From: a virus
Lineage: Duplodnaviria > Caudoviricetes
Length of the DNA stretch: 62,714 nucleotides
IMG/VR virus record: IMGVR_UViG_3300028809_000001
Location: 1-62,714 of that record
Direction: 5' to 3' (one strand)
Shown here piece after piece: positions 17,707-28,077 of this stretch. The position numbers and the translations under genes were made by a program. The first letter of the stretch is position 1; every line of letters begins with the position of its first letter. The notes under the pieces are model-generated. The model saw only the letters and a program-made list of their open reading frames with translations. It was not told where the DNA came from and ran no database searches.

Positions 17707-20700
17707 CTTCGGCCTTCTCGCGCGCCTCGCGCGTGCGACGCACCGCCGCCTCGGCCAGCTCGGAACGCTGCTGGCTCAGCCGGTCGATCATCTTGCGCTT
17801 CGTCTCGCCGCTGAGCGACTTGCTCGACTCCACCTGCTTGATCTGCTTGTTGATCTCGGTGAGCGCCTTGGTCGCTTTGTCCAGGCCCTTGCGCACCGCC
17901 AGCGTGGCGCGGTTCTCGTCCAGGATCTCGCGCGCTTTGTCCAAGTCGCCGTCCTTGCGCGCGTCCTGGAACGACGCATAGACCTGATCGGCCGCCTTCG
18001 CCTCCTCGTACAGCGCGTTCACGTAGCGTGAGCTGTTCGAGGGCAGCGACTCCACGAACGAGCCAGCCAGGAACGCGTCGCGCAGCTTGATGTCGGGCCG
18101 CTCGCCGCGGTCCGTGAACGGGCGGATGCCATAGTCGAGCGCGGACATCGTCGTGGCGCCGGCCCAGCCGAAGTAGCCCCGGGCCAGGAAGTCGATCTGC
18201 TTGGGCGACAGCGCGGCGTACTTCCCCTTGGCCAGTTGCGCCGGGTCGGGCAGGCCGAGCTGCCCGAGGATGCGCGCGGGCATCGTGGTGCGCTCGTCAT
18301 AGCGGTCCTCAGGACGCATGCGCTGGTCGGCCATCGACTCGATCTGACGGCCCGAGAACGAGTCGCGGTTCGCGTAGACGTCCAGCATCGGCTTGGCGAG
18401 CTGCGGGGTGGGGTCGAACGCGAAGGTCTGGAAGATGGCGCGCGAGAGCGACTGGCCGAAACGCTTGGCCGTCATCTCGTCGGAGGCGAGCATCTCCACC
18501 GCCCGTTCGGCCATGGTGCCGATGGCGCCCAGCTCGAACGGCTTGGGGATGCGGATCGCGGTGTCGCCGATCTTGAACCACCAGGACGAGTCGCGGTCCT
18601 CGTCGCTGCGCTTTTTCCAGTCCTCGTCGTCCTTGTACGCGAGCATCAGCCCGATCGAAGCGAGCATCACCGCGCCGGTGACGTAGGCCATGCGCTTCGG
18701 GTTCTGCTTGCCGGCGCGGGCCAGCTTGTACAGGCCTTGCAGGCGCGAGTTCAGGAACGGCACGGTGGACGCCAGGAAGCGGATCACCGGCCAGCGGCCC
18801 TGCATCGAGAAGTCCAGCAGGTCGCGCGCCATGAACGCGGCCTCGGCGTGGGTCTTGCCGTTGGCGATCAGCTGCTTGTACAGCGCGGCGCGGTTCACGT
18901 TTTCGAACTTGTCGCCGACCTCCTGGTACGCCTCCCACAGGTCGCCCAGCATGCCGGCCACCTTCTTCCAGTTCTTCTGGTCGACCACGGCCGGCATGCC
19001 TGCCTTGGCCACGAGCCGACGTGCGCCGGTGGCGTCCGCGCCTTCCATCGCCACGCCGAACCGGATCGTGCCGCCCGAGGCCAGCATCGACGCGTAGGTC
19101 TGCGAGCGCTTGTCCGAGGCGGCCAGCCCCTCTGCCACATTGCGGATCGGGTTGAACGACAGGTCGGCCTGCCCCATCGCCGAGATCGTGTCGCGCATCA
19201 GGTTGCGGATCTTGTACGCCGGGTTCGCCGTCACGCCCATGGTGAGCCAACGCTTGACCGTGGACAGGGGCTTGAGGAACTTCGGCACCACGTACTCCAT
19301 CGCGGAGATGGCCTCGGCGAGGTGCGGGTCGTCCACGAGGTAGTGCTCGGTGCGGCCACCGTTCATGATCTGCACGGACTTCTTGGTGCCCGAGGCGACC
19401 TGCTCGGCGATACCCACGCCGACGGCGGCCTTCATCGTGGCCAGGGCGGCGCGATTGCGCGCGCTCGACTGGTACAGGCTGGACCAGTTCAGCAGCACGT
19501 TGGCCAGCAGGTCGTTGTTCAGCTTCTGGCTGCCACCCTTGAGTTTCTTCCACGCCTTGGCGTTGGTGAGCCCGGACGAGAACGTCGGGCCCTGCACGCC
19601 CTCGTCTTCGAGCACACGGTAGAACGGCACGTAGGGCACGCCGCGGTACATCTCGCGCGCCTTGGCGTCGATGAGCCCAGACTCTTCGGCCACGGCCAGT
19701 ACCGCGTCGTTGAACGCGTTGAACTCGCCGAGCGCCTTGGCGTACGCGGTCGAGCGCTTGGTCGTGCCGTCGGGCATCGTGCCGTCGGTGAGCGTCTTCA
19801 GTTCGGCGATGTCGGCGTCGGAGAACAGGTTCTCCAGGCCCAGCGCCTTGAGCCGGTCGGCCCGTTGCGCGGCCACCCACCACAGGAACCGGTCGCCCTC
19901 GCCCTGCAGGTCGGCCAGCACCTTGGCGAACCCGGTGTCATTCACGTCCACGTCGGGCACGCCGCCACGCAGGAACGGCTTGCCGTAGAGCAGCGCCGAT
20001 TCGAGTGTGCCGTCGTAACCCTTGGACAGCCGGGCCAGCATGTAGGCGTTCTGGTCCAGGTCTTTGATCGGGGCGAACTGATCGAGCGCCCCCTGGATGG
20101 CGCGCTTGCCGAAGCCGGTGCGCAGCTCGCGGAACCGCTCACGCAGGGTCTGCTCGACGGCGATACCGCCGACGTTGTTGAGCGCTGCCTCCTGGCCCGC
20201 GGTGAGCGTGCCGAAGTTGTTGCGCCGCGCGCTGCGCGTGATGTTCGCGTCGCTCGGATCGAACGCGCCGTTGTTGCCCGTGGCCGACTTCACCTGCTCC
20301 GGGTGGAACGCGATGAAGTGGGTGGTGTTCCGGTTCATGCCTTTGAACGTCGCGCCACGCGTCTTGTTGCCCTCGCCGAACTTGTCGTACACGGTGCGGT
20401 CGATGAAGCCGTCGAAGCCGGCCGCCTCGAACGCGCGCCGGATGATCTCGGTGGAGGCCAGCTTGCCGTCGTTGTTGTCGATCGCTTGCTGCAGACCCTC
20501 GGACCGCTTGGCGATGTCGATGAGCTGGTCGGCGCGGATGCCTTCGTCGTCGAACGCGCGCTCCTGCACGTCGGCGATCACCTGGGCCACGTCCAGGTCG
20601 CTGAACGCATCGCTCATGGCCACGTCGTGCAGGCCGTCGAAGAACTCCTGCAGCTTGCCGCCGGGTTCGCCGTACTCGTCCAGGTCCTCGTTGTACTCGC

Positions 20701-23700
20701 TGGCGTAGTCCAGGAAGGTGGACTTCTTGCCGTCGAGCGTCACGGGGTTCTGGATGGACAGGTACACCGGCATGGTCGTGCCGAGGTTCTGGGCGAACGT
20801 TTCGCGAGCGCGCTGCTTCGCCTCGTCGCGGTCCATGTCCTCGTCGTTCTCAAGCCGATCGGCGAGCTGCTCGATCTTGGCCGTGATGTCCGCGCCGTCG
20901 CCGGTGGCGTAGTTGCGCTCGACGTCCTCGGGCGTGTTGGAGAAGTAGAACCCGGCGCCCAGATCCGACTCGACGTTGGCACGGCTCGGGTCGAAGGTGT
21001 CGAAGTCGGTGAGCGCGCCGTGGTAAACCCGCAGCGGATCGCCATCCTCGTCGACCACCTTGCTGTCGCGGAACCACGCCTTGAACGCCGGGCTGTCCGG
21101 CGCCGCGCGGCGCGCGCTGAACTGCAGGTCGCCCAGGTCGTCCAGGCTGATCTCGGTCGCCTCGCCGGTGGGGATCTCGGCCGGCGTCTCGGCGGCGCGC
21201 TCCTCGCGCCACTTCGCCGCGGCGGCCTTCGCGCGCTCCACCTGCCCGGCCTTCACGTCGTCGGCCTTGTCCAGCACCGACCACGGCTCGCGGCCCACGC
21301 CATGCTGCAGGATCGTCTGCCCGGCGCGCACGCGCTGGTCGACCGAGTCCACGCCGTAGAGCGGGCGCACCGTGCCGTCGCGCTCCACCAGCACGCGGTC
21401 CAGGCCACGAGCCTTCTCGTCGGCGATGCGGCTCTGCGCCTCCAGGCTGGCTGCGCTCTCGCCGCTGGCGTTGTTGCGGATGGCCGAGCGCCGCGCGTCG
21501 CGCTGCGGCGCGCGGGTCATCGTCGTGTCCTTCCACTTGGACGACGCGGGCGCCGTGCGCGGATCGGTGGCGAACCCGAACCGCTTGTAGAAGTCGATCA
21601 GCCGCGCCTTGTCCCCGCCGAGCTGGCTGCTTGCGCCCAGTTTGATCGTCTGTCCGCTGCGGTCCGCGTACTCGGTGAGCGTGCGCATGGCCTCGGTGCC
21701 GATGCCGGCCTTGCGGTCGGAGAACGGCACCTCGATGTTCTTGAGCTGGATCACGCCGTTGCGCTCCGTGATGTCGTGCTCGATCCCGACCTCGTCCCAT
21801 GCGGCCTGCACGGCAGCGAGCGTGTCGCGCGCCGAGCTGAACCGCAGCCCCATCTCGCGGCGCGCGTCGGCGCCGGCCGCGGCCTGCCGCTCTGCCCGGG
21901 TGGGCGTCGGCGGGGCTGAGGGCTTGACGGCTTCCTCGGGCTTGGCGAACCGGCCGCCCTCGTCGCGGGCGTAGCGGTCGGCCTGCGTCTCGCGGTCGAG
22001 CTGCTGGGCCGCCTCGTAGCGGCCTTCGGCGTACTGGCGCACGCCCACGCGGATGGCCTCGCGGATGGCCACGAGCTGGTCGCCCACGATCTTGTCCGCC
22101 TTGAAGCCGGGCTGGCGCACCAGCCGCAGCACCTTGGTGAGCGCGTCGGTGACCTTGGCCGCCATGTCCTGCACGGTGGCGAGCGGCACCTTGGCCGCGC
22201 CCAGGTCGCGGAACAGGCCCGGCCAGAACTCGGGGTCGGCCAGGGCGTTGCCGACCATGTCGCTCGTCACCTCGTCCAGGTCGGCGCTCGGGTTGTCCTC
22301 GCGCACCGCGCGGCGCGCCTCGGTGGTCATGCTCTTGGCCACCGCCGCTTTGATCGTGCGGTAGACCGCGGGGCTGTCGCGCTCGATCAGGTGGGCCAGC
22401 TCGTGGCCGAACACGGCCAGCGGGCTCATCTGCGACTCGGTGTTCAGGTAGATCGTGTCCCGGTCACCGCCCACGAAGCCGTCGGCGCCGAGCGCCCCCT
22501 CGGGGTCGCTGAACGCCTGGACGCGCTTGCCGAACACGCGCGCGATCTGGCGGATGAGCAGGCCGTGCGTGCCCAGGGCGCGGTTGTCGGCGAGCTTCAC
22601 GCTCACCGGCTTGCCGTCGACCTGCGCCTGCAGCGTGTCGCCGTCGCGCGAGGTCGAGCGGCGGATGTCGCCCACCTGCACGATGCCGCGCATGGCTTTC
22701 CCGGCCTTCGAGTCCGGATCGTTCAGTTCAGCCAGATGCTGGCCCGCCGGCACAGCCTCGTACTTGGCGGTGTTCAGCGCGTCGACTTTGCGCTGGTCGG
22801 TGGTCTCCATCACGGCCTGCCCGGTCTCCTTGTTGCGGATGACCCAGGAGTTGCTGCGCTGGTAGCGCTTGCCCCCTTCGGAGGCCGCCTCCAGCCGCGC
22901 GCCCACGTCGTCCGCTGCCGGCGGCGCCACGGCGCTCGGAGCCTTGGGCTTCGGGTTCGCGCGCTGCTCGCGCGCCCGGTCGAGCGCCTCCTGCACCGGC
23001 GTGCGGGGCAGGTTGCCGAACCGCTGCATCGCCTCGGCGAGCGTGGGCGACACACCGCGGGCGCGCAGCTCACGCGCCGGCACGACGCCGGCCGGCTGGC
23101 CCGGGGCCTGAGCGGCGGCGTCCGCCATGCGCGAGGCGATCTCGTCGCGGGCGGTGAGCGCCGTCTCGATGTCCGCGTCGGTGATCCGGCCCTCGTCGTA
23201 CTGCTGGGCGAACATGCGCCCGGCGGGCGTGTTGGCGCGGCGCGCCACGTTCACGAACGCCGAGGTGCGCTCCACGATGGGCAGCTCACCCGGCTGGGGC
23301 GCGTTGCGGCCCTCCGCCGCGGCGGCCTCCAGGCGCTGGTCTGCGAACGGGGACGGGCGGGCCGGCGCGGGCGCCGGGGTCTCGTCCGCGCGCTCCAGCT
23401 GCTGGCGCTGGCCGGCGTCTGCCTTGGCGTTCGGTGCGCGTTCGATCTGCACGCGGCTCTCGGGGGCGGCCGGGGCCGGCGCCTCGCGGCGCGTGCGCAG
23501 CGACTGCGGCACCTCGATGCCGGCGCGCTGGGCGCGCAGCTGCGTGCGGGCCTCGTCCACCGGACTGGGGCTCGGCGCCGGGGCGGCCGCGGTGGGCTCG
23601 CCCTGGATGCTGTCGTACAGCCGCTCGTTCGGGCAGGCCTGATCCAGCAGCGCGGCCTCCTCGCGCGTGGCCACGCCGCCGCGCTGCTCCACGGCCTGCT

Positions 23701-25588
23701 GCGCCCGGCGGAAGCCCTGCTGCGTGAGCTGGGACTGCAGGTCGGGCTTGGCCGCGCGGAAGTCACCCTCGACAGCGGCTTGCTCGATGCGCTGCTGATC
23801 CAGGCCGGGTGCGGCCGCGCGGCGCGGCGCCGGAGCGGCGTCCGGCAGCGGCAGCCGACGCAGCTGGAACGTGCCCGGCTGCGTGGCGCTGGGCGACGCG
23901 ACGATGAGCGCCGGGTTGCCGCCGGCCAGCTCCTCCTGGGCGCGTGCGGCGCCGAGTGCGCGGCGCACCTCGGCCTGCGCGATGCCGTCACGCAGCTCCA
24001 CGGTGGCCTCGGCGGCCGGGGCGCCGGACTGCTCGCGCGTCGTGGCGGCCTGCTCCTGGGCCAGCTGCTGGTCGAGCACGGTGGTGGCCGCCACGCTCTG
24101 GTCGATGTTGCGCTGAACCTGCGGCAGTGCGCCGGCGGCGATCGTCGGCGCGGGCAGGGCAGGGTTTGCCCCGATGCCGGCGGTGGCGGGTGGCGCCACA
24201 ATGGGCTCTCCTCCCACCGCGGCAACCGGCGCGGTTTCAGGGCCGGCTTCGCCAGCGACGGTGGCCGGCCCGTTTTCTTGCGCGGCCGGGGGCGTGCCCA
24301 GGTAGGCGTCCACCGCCTGCTCGGCCTGCGCCATCACCGCCGTCATCTCGCCCAGGTCGCCGCTCAGGTCCGCCGCCGCGCCGATCATCTCGTCCACGGT
24401 CTTGGCCTCGCCCAGGCGCGCGGTCGCGTCGTCGCGCTGGCGACTGAGTGCGGCCATCCCAGACAGGCCGCCACCCATGGCAGCGCCGGCCGCGGCGCCC
24501 GCACCCGCGGCGCTGCCCACGCCGGCCAGCGCGTCCTGCGTTGCGTCCACCCCCTGCACGGCCAAGTTCTGCGCGAGCTGGCCGGAGCCTTCCTCGATGC
24601 CCTCGGTGACGGCTTCGCCGACGAAGCTCTTGGCCACCTCTTTGGCCGCACCGCGTTCCGCGAGACGCTTGCCCTCGCCCTTGAGCAGGGCCGACTCGAT
24701 CGCGGCGCCGCCCATCTTGGCGCCCACGGCGTTCACCGCCAGCGAGGCGAGGCCGCCCTTGACGCCGGCCTCGGTGGCGGCCGTGCCAGCGATCTGCTCC
24801 TTGGCGGCCCGCGCGCCGATGTCGCGCTTGAGCAGCCGGTAGTTCTCGTCACGCGACCACGTGGCCTCGTCCATCGCCATCATGCGCTGGAACGTCTCGT
24901 TGGCCACGTCGTTGCCCTGCTGCGCGGCGCCGACAGCCACGCCGCCGGCCACGCCGGCCGTGCGCGCGGCGCGCTCCACGGCTTCCTGGGTGAGCCGACG
25001 CGACAGAAGCAGCCCGGTGGCCTCCTGCGCGACACGGCCGCCCGCGCCGGCCGGCAGCACGCTGGGCGCGTTCTCGGCCAGGGTCTGCGCCATGAGCGCG
25101 GGGTTGGTGAACGTGTTCTTGAACCTGGACGCGGCCTCGGCGGCGACGCCGGCCCAGCGCGAGCCCGTCTCGCCGAGGCGCTCGGCGGTGGCCTGCTGTG
25201 CCTCCTTGCCGGTGGTTTCGGCCCGGCTCGCGACCTGCCGCTCGGTCTCCTTCAGGCCGGGCGACTTCGCCCCCTGGAGGATGTCGCCGGTCTGTTCGAA
25301 CTGGCGGCCCGCCGGGCGGTTGACAGCTTCGGATCCGGGGGCCTCGATGCCCACGGTGCCGAGCACGCGCTTCTGCGCCTCTGCGGCCAGCGCGGCAGGT
25401 GAGAGCTGAGAGACCGAGCGGCCGAGGTTGACTGCGCCGGTGACAAGGCCAGTGCCTACGTCCGAGGCGGCCTCCGTCCACGTGCGCTCGGTGCTCTGGG
25501 GGAGGTCGTCGAAGAGGCCCTTCGGCCCCTTCTTCGTCTGCGGCTGGCTGCCTTCTTCGGGGGCCAAGTCGTCAAACAGTCCGGACAT
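17696..25588 (-). CDS. Large polyvalent (putative ejected virion) protein: zincin metallopeptidase, GNAT, ART-like and LPD38-like domains
   Basis: 2630 aa; GHELAH; RKAGIGT...FYKRFGF; FKAWF.DSKVVD..G.PL.VYHG...GFYFS...QVKSA..N.G.F; IRIPKPFELG. Confidence 0.85.
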   Translation of the reverse strand: MSGLFDDLAPEEGSQPQTKKGPKGLFDDLPQSTERTWTEAASDVGTGLVTGAVNLGRSVSQLSPAALAAEAQKRVLGTVGIEAPGSEAVNRPAGRQFEQTGDILQGAKSPGLKETERQVASRAETTGKEAQQATAERLGETGSRWAGVAAEAASRFKNTFTNPALMAQTLAENAPSVLPAGAGGRVAQEATGLLLSRRLTQEAVERAARTAGVAGGVAVGAAQQGNDVANETFQRMMAMDEATWSRDENYRLLKRDIGARAAKEQIAGTAATEAGVKGGLASLAVNAVGAKMGGAAIESALLKGEGKRLAERGAAKEVAKSFVGEAVTEGIEEGSGQLAQNLAVQGVDATQDALAGVGSAAGAGAAAGAAMGGGLSGMAALSRQRDDATARLGEAKTVDEMIGAAADLSGDLGEMTAVMAQAEQAVDAYLGTPPAAQENGPATVAGEAGPETAPVAAVGGEPIVAPPATAGIGANPALPAPTIAAGALPQVQRNIDQSVAATTVLDQQLAQEQAATTREQSGAPAAEATVELRDGIAQAEVRRALGAARAQEELAGGNPALIVASPSATQPGTFQLRRLPLPDAAPAPRRAAAPGLDQQRIEQAAVEGDFRAAKPDLQSQLTQQGFRRAQQAVEQRGGVATREEAALLDQACPNERLYDSIQGEPTAAAPAPSPSPVDEARTQLRAQRAGIEVPQSLRTRREAPAPAAPESRVQIERAPNAKADAGQRQQLERADETPAPAPARPSPFADQRLEAAAAEGRNAPQPGELPIVERTSAFVNVARRANTPAGRMFAQQYDEGRITDADIETALTARDEIASRMADAAAQAPGQPAGVVPARELRARGVSPTLAEAMQRFGNLPRTPVQEALDRAREQRANPKPKAPSAVAPPAADDVGARLEAASEGGKRYQRSNSWVIRNKETGQAVMETTDQRKVDALNTAKYEAVPAGQHLAELNDPDSKAGKAMRGIVQVGDIRRSTSRDGDTLQAQVDGKPVSVKLADNRALGTHGLLIRQIARVFGKRVQAFSDPEGALGADGFVGGDRDTIYLNTESQMSPLAVFGHELAHLIERDSPAVYRTIKAAVAKSMTTEARRAVREDNPSADLDEVTSDMVGNALADPEFWPGLFRDLGAAKVPLATVQDMAAKVTDALTKVLRLVRQPGFKADKIVGDQLVAIREAIRVGVRQYAEGRYEAAQQLDRETQADRYARDEGGRFAKPEEAVKPSAPPTPTRAERQAAAGADARREMGLRFSSARDTLAAVQAAWDEVGIEHDITERNGVIQLKNIEVPFSDRKAGIGTEAMRTLTEYADRSGQTIKLGASSQLGGDKARLIDFYKRFGFATDPRTAPASSKWKDTTMTRAPQRDARRSAIRNNASGESAASLEAQSRIADEKARGLDRVLVERDGTVRPLYGVDSVDQRVRAGQTILQHGVGREPWSVLDKADDVKAGQVERAKAAAAKWREERAAETPAEIPTGEATEISLDDLGDLQFSARRAAPDSPAFKAWFRDSKVVDEDGDPLRVYHGALTDFDTFDPSRANVESDLGAGFYFSNTPEDVERNYATGDGADITAKIEQLADRLENDEDMDRDEAKQRARETFAQNLGTTMPVYLSIQNPVTLDGKKSTFLDYASEYNEDLDEYGEPGGKLQEFFDGLHDVAMSDAFSDLDVAQVIADVQERAFDDEGIRADQLIDIAKRSEGLQQAIDNNDGKLASTEIIRRAFEAAGFDGFIDRTVYDKFGEGNKTRGATFKGMNRNTTHFIAFHPEQVKSATGNNGAFDPSDANITRSARRNNFGTLTAGQEAALNNVGGIAVEQTLRERFRELRTGFGKRAIQGALDQFAPIKDLDQNAYMLARLSKGYDGTLESALLYGKPFLRGGVPDVDVNDTGFAKVLADLQGEGDRFLWWVAAQRADRLKALGLENLFSDADIAELKTLTDGTMPDGTTKRSTAYAKALGEFNAFNDAVLAVAEESGLIDAKAREMYRGVPYVPFYRVLEDEGVQGPTFSSGLTNAKAWKKLKGGSQKLNNDLLANVLLNWSSLYQSSARNRAALATMKAAVGVGIAEQVASGTKKSVQIMNGGRTEHYLVDDPHLAEAISAMEYVVPKFLKPLSTVKRWLTMGVTANPAYKIRNLMRDTISAMGQADLSFNPIRNVAEGLAASDKRSQTYASMLASGGTIRFGVAMEGADATGARRLVAKAGMPAVVDQKNWKKVAGMLGDLWEAYQEVGDKFENVNRAALYKQLIANGKTHAEAAFMARDLLDFSMQGRWPVIRFLASTVPFLNSRLQGLYKLARAGKQNPKRMAYVTGAVMLASIGLMLAYKDDEDWKKRSDEDRDSSWWFKIGDTAIRIPKPFELGAIGTMAERAVEMLASDEMTAKRFGQSLSRAIFQTFAFDPTPQLAKPMLDVYANRDSFSGRQIESMADQRMRPEDRYDERTTMPARILGQLGLPDPAQLAKGKYAALSPKQIDFLARGYFGWAGATTMSALDYGIRPFTDRGERPDIKLRDAFLAGSFVESLPSNSSRYVNALYEEAKAADQVYASFQDARKDGDLDKAREILDENRATLAVRKGLDKATKALTEINKQIKQVESSKSLSGETKRKMIDRLSQQRSELAEAAVRRTREAREKAEATK

Positions 25589-25600
25589 GATTTTCGCCTT

Positions 25601-26458
25601 CTAGAGTTGTGCCTTGTAACCCAGTTCACGCAGCCGCGCGTTCACGGCGCTGCGACTTTTCCCCGCTGCCACCGCCGCGCGCGCCTGCGAGAGCGCCTCG
25701 TCCTCGGGGACGGCCGGGCCCTTCGCGGGTGCATTGTCGCCTTTCGAGGCCGGCGACGGCCGGCGACGCTCGGTGCGCTCGCGCTTCTCGATGTACTTGC
25801 CCTCGATGGGCTCGCCCAGCGCGTCGAGCGCCGGCGTGGTCGTGACCTTCTCCACGTCGTACTCGGTGTTGCCCTTGCCGGACGGCGTGTAGCCAAGCGC
25901 CTCGATCTGGCGCTGCGTTCCCTCGGCGCCGGAGGTGTCACCCTTGGCGAGCTGGTCGGCCATCTTCGTCTTGAGGCTGAGCAGCTGGCGCTTCGTCGCC
26001 GTGTCCAGACGTGTGGCCTCGGCGCTGGCAGCCGAGCTGGCCGACTCGACGTGCCGGGCCTGCGCCTCGGCGCGCACGCCGCCCAGATAGCCTTTGTCGC
26101 GGCCCTTTTCGGCCACGGCTTCGCGGTCGGCCTTCGACTTGATCTTGGACGCCTCGGCCTCCGTCTGGGCTTTGCGTGGTGCGTTCTGCTGGTCCTGCTC
26201 GAACTCGGCCTGACGACCCTCGCGCTCGACGCGCTGGCGCTCCGGGCCCAGCTCGGTGACGTCGCGCTTTTTGCTGGCGAACGAGGCGCGCTCGCGTGCC
26301 TCCATCAGCCGCATCTCGCGCTGCTCCTGGAGCTGCGACATCTGCTGGTCCAGGTTGAGGCGGCGCTCGTCGTCGATGAAGCCGCGGGCCTGCCGCTGCG
26401 CCGCGTCAGCCGCGCCGCCGATGCCACCCATTGCTGCTTGCAGGAATCCGCCGGCCAT
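25601..26458 (-). CDS. Putative ejection/internal virion protein
   Basis: Gly/Ala N-terminus, coiled-coil; sits just upstream of the giant gene. Confidence 0.6.
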   Translation of the reverse strand: MAGGFLQAAMGGIGGAADAAQRQARGFIDDERRLNLDQQMSQLQEQREMRLMEARERASFASKKRDVTELGPERQRVEREGRQAEFEQDQQNAPRKAQTEAEASKIKSKADREAVAEKGRDKGYLGGVRAEAQARHVESASSAASAEATRLDTATKRQLLSLKTKMADQLAKGDTSGAEGTQRQIEALGYTPSGKGNTEYDVEKVTTTPALDALGEPIEGKYIEKRERTERRRPSPASKGDNAPAKGPAVPEDEALSQARAAVAAGKSRSAVNARLRELGYKAQL

Positions 26459-26460
26459 GA

Positions 26461-27156
26461 TCAGTCCTCCTCGGGGAAGCGGTTGTCGTCGACCGGTTCT
26501 TCCTCGGCCGCGGCATCGTCGTCCGCTGCGCCGCGCGGGCCCTCTTCAGGCACGGGCGCGGGAGCCTGGGCTTCGTCCGGCGTGCCGGCGGCGTCGCCTG
26601 CGTCGCGCGGGCCTTCGGGGTTGCCTGCCTGCTCGGACATGCCCATTTGGTCCATCAGCTGCATCGCTTGATCGGCGCTCGCGCCGGCCATCTTGAAGAT
26701 CTCGGTAATCATCGCGAGCACAGCGTCGCCCACATCTTCGTCGGTGAGGTCGGAGTCGCCGGACTGCTGCATGAACTCGGCCGCGTCCACGAGCAGGTAC
26801 AGCCCGCACGGGATGAGCAGCTGCGGCGGCATCGTCTGGTTGGACTGCTGGAACAGCAGGCTCATCAAGTTGGCGATGCCGCGCCCGAGGTTCTCGCCCG
26901 GCGTGCCGTCCTTCGGCAGCATGTTCATCACGTCCTGGTGCGTCTCTTCCGAGTACATCACTTTCAGGCCCGCGGCAATGATCTTCTGGTACGCCTCCTT
27001 CAGCTCGGGCGGCACCTGGATCTTCTCGCGCACGGCCGAGACGGCGAGCTTGGCTGCGCCCTTCTGGGCTTTCTCGCCGGCTTCGGTCTTGGGCGCAGTG
27101 GCCTCGGCGCGCTCGTCGGCTGCGCCCTCCATCTGGTCTTTCAGCAGTCCAGCCAT
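26461..27156 (-). CDS. Hypothetical virion-associated protein
   Basis: 231 aa in the late operon; acidic tail. Confidence 0.6.
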   Translation of the reverse strand: MAGLLKDQMEGAADERAEATAPKTEAGEKAQKGAAKLAVSAVREKIQVPPELKEAYQKIIAAGLKVMYSEETHQDVMNMLPKDGTPGENLGRGIANLMSLLFQQSNQTMPPQLLIPCGLYLLVDAAEFMQQSGDSDLTDEDVGDAVLAMITEIFKMAGASADQAMQLMDQMGMSEQAGNPEGPRDAGDAAGTPDEAQAPAPVPEEGPRGAADDDAAAEEEPVDDNRFPEED

Positions 27157-27158
27157 GA

Positions 27159-28076
27159 TCAGCGTCCTTGCATCGCGTTGTTGAGGAAGCCCGGCTGCAC
27201 CGCGGGGCGCACGGGCTGCGTCTGGTAGCGGGTCGGGTCGACCGGTGCGCCCATCTTGACCTGCGCGTTCGGGTTCACCGTGAAGGGCACGCCGGAGGCG
27301 CCGGTGACGCTGGCGCTGTACGCTGCGCGCTGGCGGTTCTCGGCGGCCTCCTTCTCGCGCAGGTAGGCCAGCAGCTCCTTCTCCTTCTCGCCCGACTGCA
27401 TGGCCCCCTTGAGGAACCCGCCGCCCACGTCGACCAGCTCCTTGTTGGACTTGATCCAGGAGCTGATGTCCGACAACGGGCTCGCCGCGCCGCCTCCGGT
27501 CGCGCCGCCCGCGGTGCCGAGTCCGGCCTCGCCCAGGCTGCCCACTGCAGCGTCCACGCCCGCGCCACCGAAGCCGCTGGCGGTGCCCGACGTGGCCAAG
27601 CCGGCAGCGTCGGGTGCTGCTGCGGTCAGGCCGCCAGATGCCTCGTTGAGCAGGCCCGTGCTGCTCGCGCCGGTATCCGCGGCCACGGCGGCCGCACTCG
27701 GATCGATGAGCGAGCTAGCCACCTCGCCAGTACCGGCGGTCTGCGAGGCAGCGGCTTGCGCGGCTTCCGACACGGTGGCGTCTGCGGCGGCAGCGCCGGC
27801 TTCGGACGCGAGGCCCGCGCCATCACCGGCCAGCTGGCTGCCGATGGCGGTGGCCGCGCCCGAGGCGAGCGCCCCGATGCCGCCCACCGCGCTGATGATG
27901 CCGCCCCACTTGGACAGCTTCTGATTGCCGGTGACGGTGCCAGCGAGCGACAGCGCGCCGCCGACCATCATGGCGCCGCCAACCACCATACCGAGCATGG
28001 TGGTTGCAGCTCCGACGGCGGCAGCGCCAGCGGCCATGCTGCCGACGGCAGCGATGATGGGAATTGCAGGTGGCAT
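27159..28076 (-). CDS. Putative DNA transfer (pilot) protein
   Basis: Gly/Ala-rich hydrophobic N-terminus; podovirus ejection-gene position. Confidence 0.65.
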   Translation of the reverse strand: MPPAIPIIAAVGSMAAGAAAVGAATTMLGMVVGGAMMVGGALSLAGTVTGNQKLSKWGGIISAVGGIGALASGAATAIGSQLAGDGAGLASEAGAAAADATVSEAAQAAASQTAGTGEVASSLIDPSAAAVAADTGASSTGLLNEASGGLTAAAPDAAGLATSGTASGFGGAGVDAAVGSLGEAGLGTAGGATGGGAASPLSDISSWIKSNKELVDVGGGFLKGAMQSGEKEKELLAYLREKEAAENRQRAAYSASVTGASGVPFTVNPNAQVKMGAPVDPTRYQTQPVRPAVQPGFLNNAMQGR

Positions 28077-28077
28077 G

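Noticed and set aside
18236-25402. Long plus-strand ORFs (1227 and 1003 aa; similar ones at 31638, 42346 and 52774)
   Set aside because: Antisense shadows of real genes in high-GC DNA, with no recognisable motifs.
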